Part shown: positions 38,218-47,982 of the stretch, piece after piece
Numbering within the stretch: the first letter of the stretch is position 1
Layout: the number at the start of each line of letters is the position of its first letter
Assembly: GCA_963526645.1 (NCBI GenBank)
Contig: CAUROG010000007.1
Coordinates: 63,607-127,606 of the forward strand
DNA length: 64,000 nucleotides
Origin: an uncultured Pelosinus sp.
Lineage (GTDB): Bacteria; Bacillota; Negativicutes; DSM-13327
Reading direction: 5' to 3'
The notes under the pieces: model-generated
Told to the model about the DNA's origin: nothing
The model's database searches: none
Seen by the model: the letters and a program-made list of their open reading frames with translations, nothing else
Made by a program: the position numbers and the translations under genes

Positions 38218-38485
38218 TGACATTATTATCTGTCGTTGTGAAGATATAACATTGGGAGAGATTAGAGAGCAGATTGCACAAGGAAAACATACTCTGGAAG
38301 AAATAAAAAGAGCCTGTCGCTCTGGTATGGGTCCTTGCCAAGGAAGAACGTGTGCTCCTCTTATTATTAATGAAATTGCCAAGGCTACAGGAAAACCTAT
38401 TCCAGAGATTCCTTTGCCTACATTTCGTCCTTCTACCTCTCCCATTAAGATGGCTTCTTTGTTAGGAGGAGATAAACATGATTAA
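38207..38485 (+). CDS. BFD-like [2Fe-2S] subunit
   Basis: ICRCED and GMGPCQGRTC motifs; ATG 38207 after AGGAGG. Confidence 0.85.
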   Translation: MDHNDIIICRCEDITLGEIREQIAQGKHTLEEIKRACRSGMGPCQGRTCAPLIINEIAKATGKPIPEIPLPTFRPSTSPIKMASLLGGDKHD

Positions 38486-39626
38486 GACTGCAGATATTGT
38501 AGTAATTGGCGGTGGAGTCATCGGTTGCTCTACTGCGTATAACTTAGCTAAATTAGGTGCAGGTAAAGTAGTCGTATTAGAGAAAAAATATTTAGCCAGT
38601 GGTGCCACGGGTCGCTGTGGTGCAGGTATGAGAATGCAGTGGGGAACGGAGACTAATTGTCTTCTGTCCCGTGAAAGTATCAAGATGCTCTCCCACTTAC
38701 CAGAACTGCTAGATGTAAATGTAGATATTGAATTTACCCAAAATGGCTATTTAATGCCAGCTTATTCAAAAAAAATGGCAGAGCAGTTTAAAAAGAATTT
38801 GGTACTGCAAAATTCCCTTAGCATTCCCGCACGTTGGGTAACGCCAGAGGAATCTTTAGAAATCGTTCCTTTCCTGAATACAAAAGGAATGTTTGGTGCT
38901 ACCTATTGTGCAGAAGATGGTCACTCCAATCCGTTTAAAGTAACAGAAGCCTATGCGCAAGCTGCTAAAAATTTAAATGTTGAGATTTATACAGATACTG
39001 AAGTGCAAGGTATAGTGACGAAGAATGGCAAGATTATCTCTGTTCGTACCAACCGAGGGGATATTCTGGCAGATACGGTGGTGAATGCAGCTGGAGGGTA
39101 TGCAAAGACAATCGGCCGTATGGTTGGTGTTGAGCTTCCGATCTTCCCAGAACGTCATGAAATTTTGGTAACGGAGCCTGTGGAACCTACTATGGGACCA
39201 ATGGTAATGAGCTTCTATCACAACTTATATTGTCAGCAAAGCCCTCATGGTAGTTTCATTATGGGAATTGGCCATCCAAATGAACCGGAGAGTTATAATA
39301 TAAAATCCAGTTGGCAGTTCTTGCGTGATATGGCGCAGCGACTTGTAGAAATCTTGCCGCCTTTGGCAGGTTTAAACGTAGTTCGTCAATGGGCTGGCCT
39401 ATATGACATGTGTCCTGATCGTACGCCTATACTAGGCAATAGTCCTGCTCTTAATCGGTTCTTTACTGCTGCAGGCTTTAGTGGTCATGGCTTCATGATT
39501 TCGCCGATTACAGGTCAATTAATGGCGGAGATGGTGTTGGGAAAACCCACAGCCTTTCCTATCCAAATGTTTGATGCTGGACGGTTTGATCGTGGTGAGT
39601 TATTTGTAGAACCATCCGTTGTGTAA
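38478..39626 (+). CDS. DAO-family FAD oxidoreductase (probable proline dehydrogenase catalytic subunit)
   Basis: GGGVIG, GATGRCGAGMRMQWG, RQWAGLYD and GFSGHGFM motifs. Confidence 0.85.
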   Translation: MIKTADIVVIGGGVIGCSTAYNLAKLGAGKVVVLEKKYLASGATGRCGAGMRMQWGTETNCLLSRESIKMLSHLPELLDVNVDIEFTQNGYLMPAYSKKMAEQFKKNLVLQNSLSIPARWVTPEESLEIVPFLNTKGMFGATYCAEDGHSNPFKVTEAYAQAAKNLNVEIYTDTEVQGIVTKNGKIISVRTNRGDILADTVVNAAGGYAKTIGRMVGVELPIFPERHEILVTEPVEPTMGPMVMSFYHNLYCQQSPHGSFIMGIGHPNEPESYNIKSSWQFLRDMAQRLVEILPPLAGLNVVRQWAGLYDMCPDRTPILGNSPALNRFFTAAGFSGHGFMISPITGQLMAEMVLGKPTAFPIQMFDAGRFDRGELFVEPSVV

Positions 39627-39677
39627 GGGGAAGCATGTATCATATACATTTAAAATAGGAAAGCGAGGAAAATTAAG

Positions 39678-41225
39678 ATGATTACAGAATACAAAAATGA
39701 ACCATTTACTAACTTTGGTCTTCCTGAGAACAAAGCTGCTATGGAGAAAGCATTGGCAGCAGTACAACTAGAAAAAGCTGCTCATTATCCACTCATCATT
39801 GGTGGGGAAACTGTGGATACAGAAGCACGTATTACGTCTATTAACCCCTCTAACACAGTTGATATTGTTGGAACAGTTGCCCGGGCCAATATAGATTTAG
39901 CTGAGAAAGCGGTGCAAGCAGCTAATAAAGCCTTTGCTTCATGGCAATATGTAGATCCAGCAGAAAGATCCGTATATTTATTTAAAGCTTCTGCTGTTTT
40001 ACGCCGACGCAAATTTGAGTTTTCTGCTTGGTTGGTGGAAGAAGCTGGAAAAACATGGACCGAGGCAGATGCAGATACCGCAGAAGCAATTGATTTTATG
40101 GAGTACTATGCTCGGCAAATGGATAAGTATGCAAAAGGGATGGAAGTAACTCCTTATCCTGGAGAGCAAAATGAATGTGCTTATATTCCTCTTGGTGTGG
40201 GTGTTGTAATTCCACCATGGAATTTTCCATTAGCCATTTTAGCAGGGATGACAGCAGCCGCTATCGTAGCTGGTAATACTGTTATTATGAAGCCTGCAAG
40301 CTCAACACCTGTAATTGCTGCTAAGTTTATGCAGCTGTGGGAAGAAGTCTCCTTGCCAGCTGGTGTTGTTAATTATCTTCCAGGCAGTGGTGGGACCATC
40401 GGGGATTATTTGGTATCCCATGCCCAAGTTCGTTTTATCAATTTTACAGGCTCTAAAGAAGTAGGGCTTCGTATTAATAAGCTAGCTGCCGATTTATCTC
40501 CTGGGCAGAAATGGATCAAAAGAGTTGTGGCTGAAATGGGCGGTAAAGATTCTATTGTTGTGGACAGTGAGGCTGATCTCGATGAAGCTGCTGCTGGAAT
40601 TGTTGCGTCTGCCTTTGGTTTTCAAGGGCAAAAATGCTCTGCCTGCTCTCGTGCTATTATCGTAAGAGACGTATATGATGCAGTACTTGCAAAAGTAGTT
40701 GAAAAGACTAAGGCTCTTAAGATTGGCGCTGCTAGCAGTCCTGATAGCAATATAGGTCCAGTGATTGATGAAAGTTCTTATAAAAAGATTTTAAGCTATA
40801 TCGAAATTGGAAAAACAGAAGGAAAACTAGAGTGCGGCGGGTCTACGGTTGGAGAACAAGGGTACTTTATTGAGCCAACTGTATTTTCAGGTATTTCTCC
40901 TGAGGCTCGCATTTCTCAGGAAGAGATATTTGGACCTGTGCTAGCGGTAATTCCTGCCGATGATTTTGATCATGCTCTTGCTATTGCTAATGGTACTGAA
41001 TATGGTCTTACTGGCGCTGTATATTCAAAGAGTCGTGCCAAATTAGAGAAAGCTCGCCGAGAGTTTCATGTAGGTAATCTATATTTTAACCGTAAGTGTA
41101 CAGGTGCTTTAGTAGGCGTTCATCCTTTTGGGGGTTTTAACTTATCTGGTACCGACTCTAAAGCTGGCGGTGCGGATTATTTATTGCTATTTTTACAGGC
41201 AAAATCCATTTGTGAAAAACTATAA
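39678..41225 (+). CDS. pruA: L-glutamate gamma-semialdehyde (P5C) dehydrogenase
   Basis: YKNEPFTNF N-terminus; EMGGKD, FQGQKCSACS and SGTDSKAGG motifs (RocA/PruA type). Confidence 0.93.
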   Translation: MITEYKNEPFTNFGLPENKAAMEKALAAVQLEKAAHYPLIIGGETVDTEARITSINPSNTVDIVGTVARANIDLAEKAVQAANKAFASWQYVDPAERSVYLFKASAVLRRRKFEFSAWLVEEAGKTWTEADADTAEAIDFMEYYARQMDKYAKGMEVTPYPGEQNECAYIPLGVGVVIPPWNFPLAILAGMTAAAIVAGNTVIMKPASSTPVIAAKFMQLWEEVSLPAGVVNYLPGSGGTIGDYLVSHAQVRFINFTGSKEVGLRINKLAADLSPGQKWIKRVVAEMGGKDSIVVDSEADLDEAAAGIVASAFGFQGQKCSACSRAIIVRDVYDAVLAKVVEKTKALKIGAASSPDSNIGPVIDESSYKKILSYIEIGKTEGKLECGGSTVGEQGYFIEPTVFSGISPEARISQEEIFGPVLAVIPADDFDHALAIANGTEYGLTGAVYSKSRAKLEKARREFHVGNLYFNRKCTGALVGVHPFGGFNLSGTDSKAGGADYLLLFLQAKSICEKL

Positions 41226-41357
41226 GTAAAAGGTAATTTATCAGCGTATCAGCTTACAAGAGAATCAAAAAAAAATGTTACTGTTTTCGCTGATGGATTA
41301 GCGTGGAAGTGCTTAAAATGTTAAATAAAATAAAGAATGTTTTTTTAGAAAAAACAC

Positions 41358-41459
41358 TTGTCAAGTTGATAAACGCACGATATAATAAAAAACAAATATT
41401 AGATTAAAGCAATGGCGCTTTAAACAGGGATAACTATCTCTTGTTTAAAGCGCCTTTTT
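41358..41459 (+). promoter_or_regulatory. SigmaA promoter followed by a terminator-like leader hairpin
   Basis: TTGTCA-N17-TATAAT; GGCGCTTTAAACAGG/CTTGTTTAAAGCGCC followed by Ts. Confidence 0.6.
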
Positions 41460-41540
41460 GATATTTTTTTGGGGGTGGTAGGGAAGAAGGTAAGGTAGAA
41501 GATTATTTTTGAAATAATAGTAATAATAAGGGGGATTATT

Positions 41541-42710
41541 GTGTTTAAGAAAATGAATGCAAAATGGTTATCTCTATTTGTTGGTACTAGTTTAGTAGCT
41601 GGGTTGTTAACTGGGTGTGGTTCAAGTGCTAGTAAAGATATCAAAATTGGTGTTGTATATGAATTGACAGGAAGCACAGCATCCTTTGGTACAGCTGCTG
41701 CGAATGGTGCTAAATTAGCATTTAAAGAAATTAATGCCAATGGTGGTGTCCTAGGCAAACAAATTCAAATTGCTGTTGCCGATAACAAAGGCGAACCATC
41801 CGAATCCTCTAATGCAATGACAAAAGTTATTTCTCAAGATAAAGTAGTTGCCGTTACTGGTTTTACTACCAGTTCTAATGGTATCGCAGGTTCAACAGTT
41901 GCCGAAGCCAATAAAATTCCTTTTGTTGCTGCTGCAACGACTAACCCTAAGGTAACTTTGGATGAAAATACTGGAAAAGTGAAGAACTATACTTTCCGTG
42001 TCTGTTTCATTGATCCTTTCCAAGGAACTGTGGGAGCGAACTTCGTACTTAATTCCTTAAAAGCTAAGAATGCCGCTGTTATGATTGATAATTCTAGTGA
42101 CTATAGTAAAGGCTTATCTAAATTCTTTAAAGATGCTTTTACTAAGGGTGGCGGTAGCATAGCTATCGAAGAAGCTTATTTGCAAAATGACCAAGATTTC
42201 AAAACGCTTTTAACCAAAATTAAAGCTACTAACCCAGATGTAATTTATGTACCTGGCTATTATGGTGAAGTAGGAAAAATCATTAAACAGGCTCGCGAGA
42301 TTGGCATTACCGTACCATTTGTTGGTGGTGATGGCTGGGATTCTCCTAAATTAGCAGAGATTGGTGGCCCAGATGCTCTTAATAATACTTTCTTTACCAA
42401 TCACTATTCCGTAGAAGACAATAGCCCAAAATCCAAAACATTCCTTGATGCTTTCCAAAAAGAATATGGTCAAGTGCCAGATGCTATGGCTGTTCTAGGT
42501 TATGATGCAGCTTATGCTTTGGTAGATGCCATTAAACGTGCTAACAGCACTGATTCTGAAAAAATTCGTGAAGCCATTGCTAGTACAAAAGACTTCCAAG
42601 GTGTAACGGGTGCCTTGACACTAAATGATACTCACGATGCAATAAAAAGTGCTGTAATCATTGAAATGAAAAATGGCAAGCAAGTTTATAAAGAAACTGT
42701 AAAACCTTAA
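41541..42710 (+). CDS. LivJ/LivK-type amino acid ABC substrate-binding lipoprotein (orphan)
   Basis: Lipobox LTGC; INANGGVLG, FRVCFIDPFQG and GGDGWDS motifs; no permease or ATPase adjacent. Confidence 0.9.
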   Translation: MFKKMNAKWLSLFVGTSLVAGLLTGCGSSASKDIKIGVVYELTGSTASFGTAAANGAKLAFKEINANGGVLGKQIQIAVADNKGEPSESSNAMTKVISQDKVVAVTGFTTSSNGIAGSTVAEANKIPFVAAATTNPKVTLDENTGKVKNYTFRVCFIDPFQGTVGANFVLNSLKAKNAAVMIDNSSDYSKGLSKFFKDAFTKGGGSIAIEEAYLQNDQDFKTLLTKIKATNPDVIYVPGYYGEVGKIIKQAREIGITVPFVGGDGWDSPKLAEIGGPDALNNTFFTNHYSVEDNSPKSKTFLDAFQKEYGQVPDAMAVLGYDAAYALVDAIKRANSTDSEKIREAIASTKDFQGVTGALTLNDTHDAIKSAVIIEMKNGKQVYKETVKP

Positions 42711-42747
42711 AGAGTAGAAATAATAAAGAAGACTTCTTTATCTATGG

Positions 42748-42805
42748 ACTAAGTGGATATTAACTCCCGCTTGTAGAAGATGGGAGTCTTATAGACCACA
42801 TTAGT
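42748..42805. repeat. Imperfect palindromic element, possibly a mobile-element scar
   Basis: ACTAAGTGG..AACTCCC...GGGAGTCTT..CCACATTAGT long hairpin separate from the terminator. Confidence 0.4.
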
Positions 42806-42811
42806 TATCAG

Positions 42812-42858
42812 AAAAAAGACTCTGCAGGGCTCAAATGCCTTGGCAGAGTCTTTTTTTT
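42812..42858. terminator. Bidirectional terminator
   Basis: AAAAAAGACTCTGC...GCAGAGTCTTTTTTTT between convergent genes. Confidence 0.85.
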
Positions 42859-42875
42859 CTTTTTTAGCAAGAAAT

Positions 42876-43634
42876 TCACTGGGGAGTGAGCAATTTAATA
42901 TCATAGCTGTTGAAGAACTCCACATATTCTTGAGCAGGCTCTTCGTTAGTTACGAAAACTTGTATGTCTTTTAATTCATAATAGGTTATTAGTGAGACTC
43001 GACCTAATTTCGTATTATCTGCTAAAAGTATAATTTTATCACAATGTTCTACTATATATTTTTTAATATCATATTCTAAAGAAGAGGAATTTGTTATTCC
43101 TTTTGAAATAGAAACTCCAGTGGTAGCAAGAAAAGCCTTGGAGATATTATATTTTTTTAAAGATTTTATGGCTTCGCTATCGACGAAAGAATTAGTTCTT
43201 CTAAAGAAAGTTCCTCCTGTAGAAATTACATTGAGATTTGGATAAGGAAGTGAGTTGAGGATCGCATTAAGATTGTTTGTAATGATAGTCAGATTATTGA
43301 ATTCGGATAAATAAGGTATCATGTGCATCGTAGTGGTGCCCGAGTCTATATATATGATATCCCCGTCTTCAATTAGTGTGCTAGCTAAGTTGGCAATGAT
43401 TAACTTTGCATCTTGATTTTTGACTTCTCTAGATTCAAAAGGTTCTGTGGTTTTCTTGTCGGTTAAAACAATTCCACCATAGACTTTCTTAATTTTCCCT
43501 TGCTCTTCCAATTGATTGATATCTCTTCTTATGGTATTTTTTGAAACATTAAATATATTACAAAGATCTTCTATAGATGCCCTCTCTTTTTCGAGAATAT
43601 AGTCTTCCAATTCTTTAATTCTGTCTTCTTTCAC
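42876..43634 (-). CDS. iolR: DeoR-family repressor of the inositol genes
   Basis: VSKNTIRRD HTH; IDSGTT and ITNN motifs; divergent from iolA. Confidence 0.85.
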   Translation of the reverse strand: MKEDRIKELEDYILEKERASIEDLCNIFNVSKNTIRRDINQLEEQGKIKKVYGGIVLTDKKTTEPFESREVKNQDAKLIIANLASTLIEDGDIIYIDSGTTTMHMIPYLSEFNNLTIITNNLNAILNSLPYPNLNVISTGGTFFRRTNSFVDSEAIKSLKKYNISKAFLATTGVSISKGITNSSSLEYDIKKYIVEHCDKIILLADNTKLGRVSLITYYELKDIQVFVTNEEPAQEYVEFFNSYDIKLLTPQ

Positions 43635-43689
43635 CTTGTAAACTCCATTTCTTATTAATATAAAACAGACATGATAAACGATGTTGCTG

Positions 43690-43868
43690 ATATTACCAAA
43701 ATGATATTACTATAATACCATAATATAACCACAAATGTAACTGAATATTTATTGAAATAAAAACTTGCACTATTATTCAATGATATATTATAATATTACC
43801 AAAATGTGATGAAAATATAACAGATATAACCAAGAAGATATCACAATATGCTACAAAAATTACCAATT
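43690..43868. promoter_or_regulatory. iolA promoter with IolR-like direct repeats
   Basis: TTGCAC-N18-TATAAT; exact 14-mer ATATTACCAAAATG at 43690 and 43793; TAACCAAGAAG at 43827. Confidence 0.6.
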
Positions 43869-44014
43869 AAAGTAAGAAGAGGAGGAGATTATCAGAGTTG
43901 CATAAAGTATTTGAGTACTATTGGCTCTCATGATGGTCTCAGATAGGAATAAGTATACTCAAATGTTGCTTATATGATAGACAGTATAAAATGTTATGAA
44001 TAGGGGAGATTTAC

Positions 44015-45532
44015 ATGACAGTAAAAAGATTGAAGTATAGCGTAAATGGAGAATGGAAAGATTCAGCTACAAATAAGTATATGCCGATTACTGATTCGAA
44101 TACAGGAAAAGTGACTGCAGAGGCACCATGTTGTACTGTTGATGAAGTAAATGATGCAGTTGCTGCAGCAACTGCTGCTTTCTCATCTTGGTCGAAAACT
44201 CCTGTGTCTGCAAGAGCTCAGATTATGTTTAAGTATAAAGTGATTTTGGATGACCATTTGGAAGAATTGGCTTTGCTGGTAGCTACTGAATTAGGAAAAA
44301 ATTTGAATGAGGCTCGCGGTGATGTCTTAAAAGCTATTGAAGTAGTAGAGTTATCATGTTCGGCTCCTGTCTTGATGCAAGGTGATTCACTGATGAATGT
44401 TTCCCATGGTCATGATACCGTCATGTATAGAGAAGCTTTGGGGGTATTTGCTGGTATAGTGCCTTATAATTTTCCAGCGATGATTCCTTTTGGTTGGATG
44501 ATTCCTCTCTGTATCGCTACAGGCAATACCTTTGTGCTTAAGGCAGCCAGTCATGTTCCTCAAACTGCTATAAGAATGTTAGAATTGCTAATTGAAGCAG
44601 GGATACCTAAAGGTGTTGTTAACTTGGTTACTTGCAGTCGGACTGAAGCAGAAATCTTGTTAAAGCATCCAGATGTTGCGGGTATTTGTTATGTAGGTTC
44701 TACATCAGTCGGTCTTCATATTTATTCTACTGCAGCAGCCCACGGTAAAAGGGTTCAGGCTCTATGTGAAGCAAAAAATCATGCATTAGTCCTAAAAGAT
44801 GCTGCTCTGGAACTGGCAGCAGCAAGAGTGATTAATTCAGGTTTTGGTTGTGCGGGACAACGTTGTATGGCCTTGCCAGTGGTTTGTGTAGAAGAAGAAG
44901 TGGCTGATGAGTTTGTTGCTCATTTGGTGAAGCTTGCTAAGGAGCTTAAGGTTGGCCCGGCCTATGATTCCCAATATGATTTAGGACCAGTTGTATCAGC
45001 AGAGCAAAAACAAAGTATTGTAAGTTGGATTGACAAAGGTGTGGAAGAAGGCGCTGAACTTATCCTAGATGGCAGGGATATTGTTATTGAGGGTTATGAA
45101 GAAGGCTTCTTCCTTGCGCCAACCATTTTTGATCACGTAAAACCGGGAATGAGTATTGGAGATAAAGAAATTTTTGGACCTGTTGTATGTATTAAGCGAG
45201 TAAAGAATTTTGAAGAGGGCTTAGCAGTAATGAATGCGAATCCTTTTGCTAATGGTTCTTGTATATTTACCCAAAGCGGTTACTATGCAAGAGAATTTGC
45301 TGCAAGAACACATGGTGGTATGGTTGGTATTAACGTGGGTATTCCTGTTCCTCTTTCAGTATTTCCTTTTGCTGGACATAAAAAATCCTTCTTCGGTGAT
45401 CTGCATTGCATGGGTAAGGATGGCGTGGCTTTCTTTACAGAAGCTAAGTGCGTGACTAGTAGATGGTTTAACGAAGAAGACCTAAAACAGGTTAAAGTAG
45501 ATACTTGGGAAGGCACAATGACTCGCAAATAA
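44015..45532 (+). CDS. iolA: Malonate-semialdehyde dehydrogenase (CoA-acylating, decarboxylating)
   Basis: PYNFPAM, AKNHA, GCAGQRCMA and GMVGINVGIPVP motifs. Confidence 0.93.
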   Translation: MTVKRLKYSVNGEWKDSATNKYMPITDSNTGKVTAEAPCCTVDEVNDAVAAATAAFSSWSKTPVSARAQIMFKYKVILDDHLEELALLVATELGKNLNEARGDVLKAIEVVELSCSAPVLMQGDSLMNVSHGHDTVMYREALGVFAGIVPYNFPAMIPFGWMIPLCIATGNTFVLKAASHVPQTAIRMLELLIEAGIPKGVVNLVTCSRTEAEILLKHPDVAGICYVGSTSVGLHIYSTAAAHGKRVQALCEAKNHALVLKDAALELAAARVINSGFGCAGQRCMALPVVCVEEEVADEFVAHLVKLAKELKVGPAYDSQYDLGPVVSAEQKQSIVSWIDKGVEEGAELILDGRDIVIEGYEEGFFLAPTIFDHVKPGMSIGDKEIFGPVVCIKRVKNFEEGLAVMNANPFANGSCIFTQSGYYAREFAARTHGGMVGINVGIPVPLSVFPFAGHKKSFFGDLHCMGKDGVAFFTEAKCVTSRWFNEEDLKQVKVDTWEGTMTRK

Positions 45533-45606
45533 GACGAAAAATGGGAGGCCTTGAACAATATAATGTTCAAGGCTACCGAAATATATAGTAATGAAAGGAG
45601 ACGGTT

Positions 45607-46449
45607 ATGTCTTTAGTTACACTAGAAAATGTATTAAAAGGTATTGGTAAGGAAGCGTATGGCATTGGAGCTTTTAATATAGCTAATATGGAAATGGTTA
45701 TGGGAGCTATAAAGGCAGGAGAAGAGTTGCATTCCCCAATTATCCTTCAAGTGGCGGAAGGAAGATTGCGATATTCTCCATTGCATTTAATTGGACCAGC
45801 GATGATAGCGGCAGCTGAGGCGGCTACGATTCCCGTTGTTGTACATCTTGATCATGGTTCTAGTATGGAGGTCATTGCTCAAGCATTGCAATTAGGATTT
45901 AGTTCGGTAATGTTTGATGGGTCTGCTTATCCTTTGGAAAAAAATATTGCTATGACAAATGAAGTAAAAAAGATGGCAAAACACTATGGGGCTTCTGTAG
46001 AAGCAGAGATCGGTAAGGTTGGTGGAAGTGAAGGGGATTATGCCGATGTAGAAATTCTTATTACTTCTGTATTAGAAGCAAAACGGTTTTATGAAGAAAC
46101 GCAAGTGGATGCTCTAGCGGTGGCAATTGGTACTGCTCATGGACATTATAAAGAAAAACCTAATTTACAATTTGGACGATTAGCAGAGATTGCCAAGGAT
46201 ATTGATTGTCCTTTGGTGTTGCATGGCGGTTCGGGACTTACTGCCGATGATTTTCAAAAATGTATACAACACAAAATAAAAAAAGTAAACATTGCTACGG
46301 CTTCATTCGAAAGTGTGGCTCAAAAGGTTAGTGGACTAGCAAAAGAATCGGATATTACCTTTTTTCAATATTTGGATGCAGTACAGGAAGCAACCTATGA
46401 AAATGTGAAAGATCATATTTCAATTTTTGGAAGTCAGAATAAAGCATAG
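45607..46449 (+). CDS. iolJ: Class II aldolase, probable 6-phospho-5-dehydro-2-deoxy-D-gluconate aldolase
   Basis: HLDHG, MFDGS, GTAHG and LHGGSG motifs; iol context. Confidence 0.82.
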   Translation: MSLVTLENVLKGIGKEAYGIGAFNIANMEMVMGAIKAGEELHSPIILQVAEGRLRYSPLHLIGPAMIAAAEAATIPVVVHLDHGSSMEVIAQALQLGFSSVMFDGSAYPLEKNIAMTNEVKKMAKHYGASVEAEIGKVGGSEGDYADVEILITSVLEAKRFYEETQVDALAVAIGTAHGHYKEKPNLQFGRLAEIAKDIDCPLVLHGGSGLTADDFQKCIQHKIKKVNIATASFESVAQKVSGLAKESDITFFQYLDAVQEATYENVKDHISIFGSQNKA

Positions 46450-46517
46450 AAGTCGCAATTAAGGTTTTTGATTTGATGATAAAAATCCAAAAAAACATGA
46501 GATAAGGAGGAGTTTGA

Positions 46518-47921
46518 ATGGATAAGCAATGCAATTTAACTGTTGAGCAACACATTACTAACCTCGTTGAAAGATCAAGAAAAGCCCAAGCTGTTGCCGA
46601 GCACTATAGCCAAGAAAAAGTAGATGAATTGGTGACTGCCATTGTATGGAATATTGTTAAAGATGGGCCAGCTCAAATTATTTCTCAAATGGCTGTTGAT
46701 GAATCCCAAATGGGAAATTATGAATCTAAATATGCAAAATTGATGACAAAATGCAAAGGTACACTTCGGGATATGTTAGGTGAAAAATCAGTTGGTGTTA
46801 TTGAGAAAGATGAAAAAAAGGGAATCTTCAAGGTTGCCAAACCTGTAGGCGTAGTAGCTGGAATATTACCTTGCACCAATCCAGAAGCTACACCCGTAAT
46901 CAAAGCGATCATGGCAATCAAGACGAGAAATGCCATTATACTCGCGCCGCACCCCAGGACGAAAAAGACGAATACTTACATTGTAAATTTAATAAGAGAT
47001 ACGCTGAAAAAATATAATGCACCAGAGGATTTGGTCATTGGAATTGAAGAGCCTTCTCTTGATTTAACCAATGAACTGATGAAGCAATGTGATTTAGTTG
47101 TTGCGACAGGTGGTGGAGCTTTAGTAAAGTCGGCATATTCATCGGGAACTCCCGCCTACGGCGTCGGACAAGGAAACTCAGTCGTTGTGGTAGACGAAAC
47201 TGCGGATTTGAAGGATGCGGGGAATAAGGTAATGCGTAGTAAAACCTTTGATTTCGCCACAAGTTGTTCCACTGAAAATTCACTGGTTATTCAGAAGAGT
47301 GTTTATGCTGAATTTATACAATGTCTTAAAGACGAAGGCGGTTATTTGCTTAGCCCTGAAGAAAAAGCAAAATTACAGCAAGCCATGTGGGTAGATAATC
47401 ATTTGAATGCTAGGATTATTGCGCAGTCAGTGCAAACAATTGCTAAAGTAGCTGGGATTAGTATACCAGAGGATCGTAAATTTATTATGGTGGAAGAAAC
47501 GGGAATTGGCCCTGATGCTCCTTTTTCTGGTGAAAAATTATCCATGGTAGTCGCCTTATATCAATACGATGATTTTCAAGAAGCAATCGACCATGTTAAT
47601 ATGATTACCAACTATCATGGTAGAGGGCATTCCTGTGGAATTCATTCTTTTAATGAAGAACATATCAGTCAACTGGCACTAGCTACAAAGACCAGTAGAA
47701 TTATGGTTCGTCAGCCTCAATGCCTAGCTAATAGCGGCGCATGGACAAATGGTATGCCAATGACTTTGACATTAGGTTGCGGAACTTGGGGAGGAAATGC
47801 CTCTTCTAGCAACATAACATGGAAAAACTTATTGAATATAACATGGGTTTCTTCCCCAATAGAGCATAGTATGCCAACTGATGAAGAGTTATTTGGCGAG
47901 ATTATGCTTGAAAATAACTAG
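46518..47921 (+). CDS. CoA-acylating aldehyde dehydrogenase (AdhE-N/EutE/SauS-like)
   Basis: PCTNP, ATGG, GVGQGN, SKTFDFATSCSTEN, EKLS and LGCGTWGGN motifs. Confidence 0.85.
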   Translation: MDKQCNLTVEQHITNLVERSRKAQAVAEHYSQEKVDELVTAIVWNIVKDGPAQIISQMAVDESQMGNYESKYAKLMTKCKGTLRDMLGEKSVGVIEKDEKKGIFKVAKPVGVVAGILPCTNPEATPVIKAIMAIKTRNAIILAPHPRTKKTNTYIVNLIRDTLKKYNAPEDLVIGIEEPSLDLTNELMKQCDLVVATGGGALVKSAYSSGTPAYGVGQGNSVVVVDETADLKDAGNKVMRSKTFDFATSCSTENSLVIQKSVYAEFIQCLKDEGGYLLSPEEKAKLQQAMWVDNHLNARIIAQSVQTIAKVAGISIPEDRKFIMVEETGIGPDAPFSGEKLSMVVALYQYDDFQEAIDHVNMITNYHGRGHSCGIHSFNEEHISQLALATKTSRIMVRQPQCLANSGAWTNGMPMTLTLGCGTWGGNASSSNITWKNLLNITWVSSPIEHSMPTDEELFGEIMLENN

Positions 47922-47982
47922 CGTTTATTATTTTATTTATATTTTAGGCCTAGATTTACCATAGGGAAGAGAGGGGTGTGTT

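Noticed and set aside
36376..39626. Hydrogen cyanide synthase or tetrameric sarcosine oxidase
   Set aside because: Same superfamilies, but there is no folate-binding domain or SoxD/SoxG, and the linked P5C dehydrogenase points to proline
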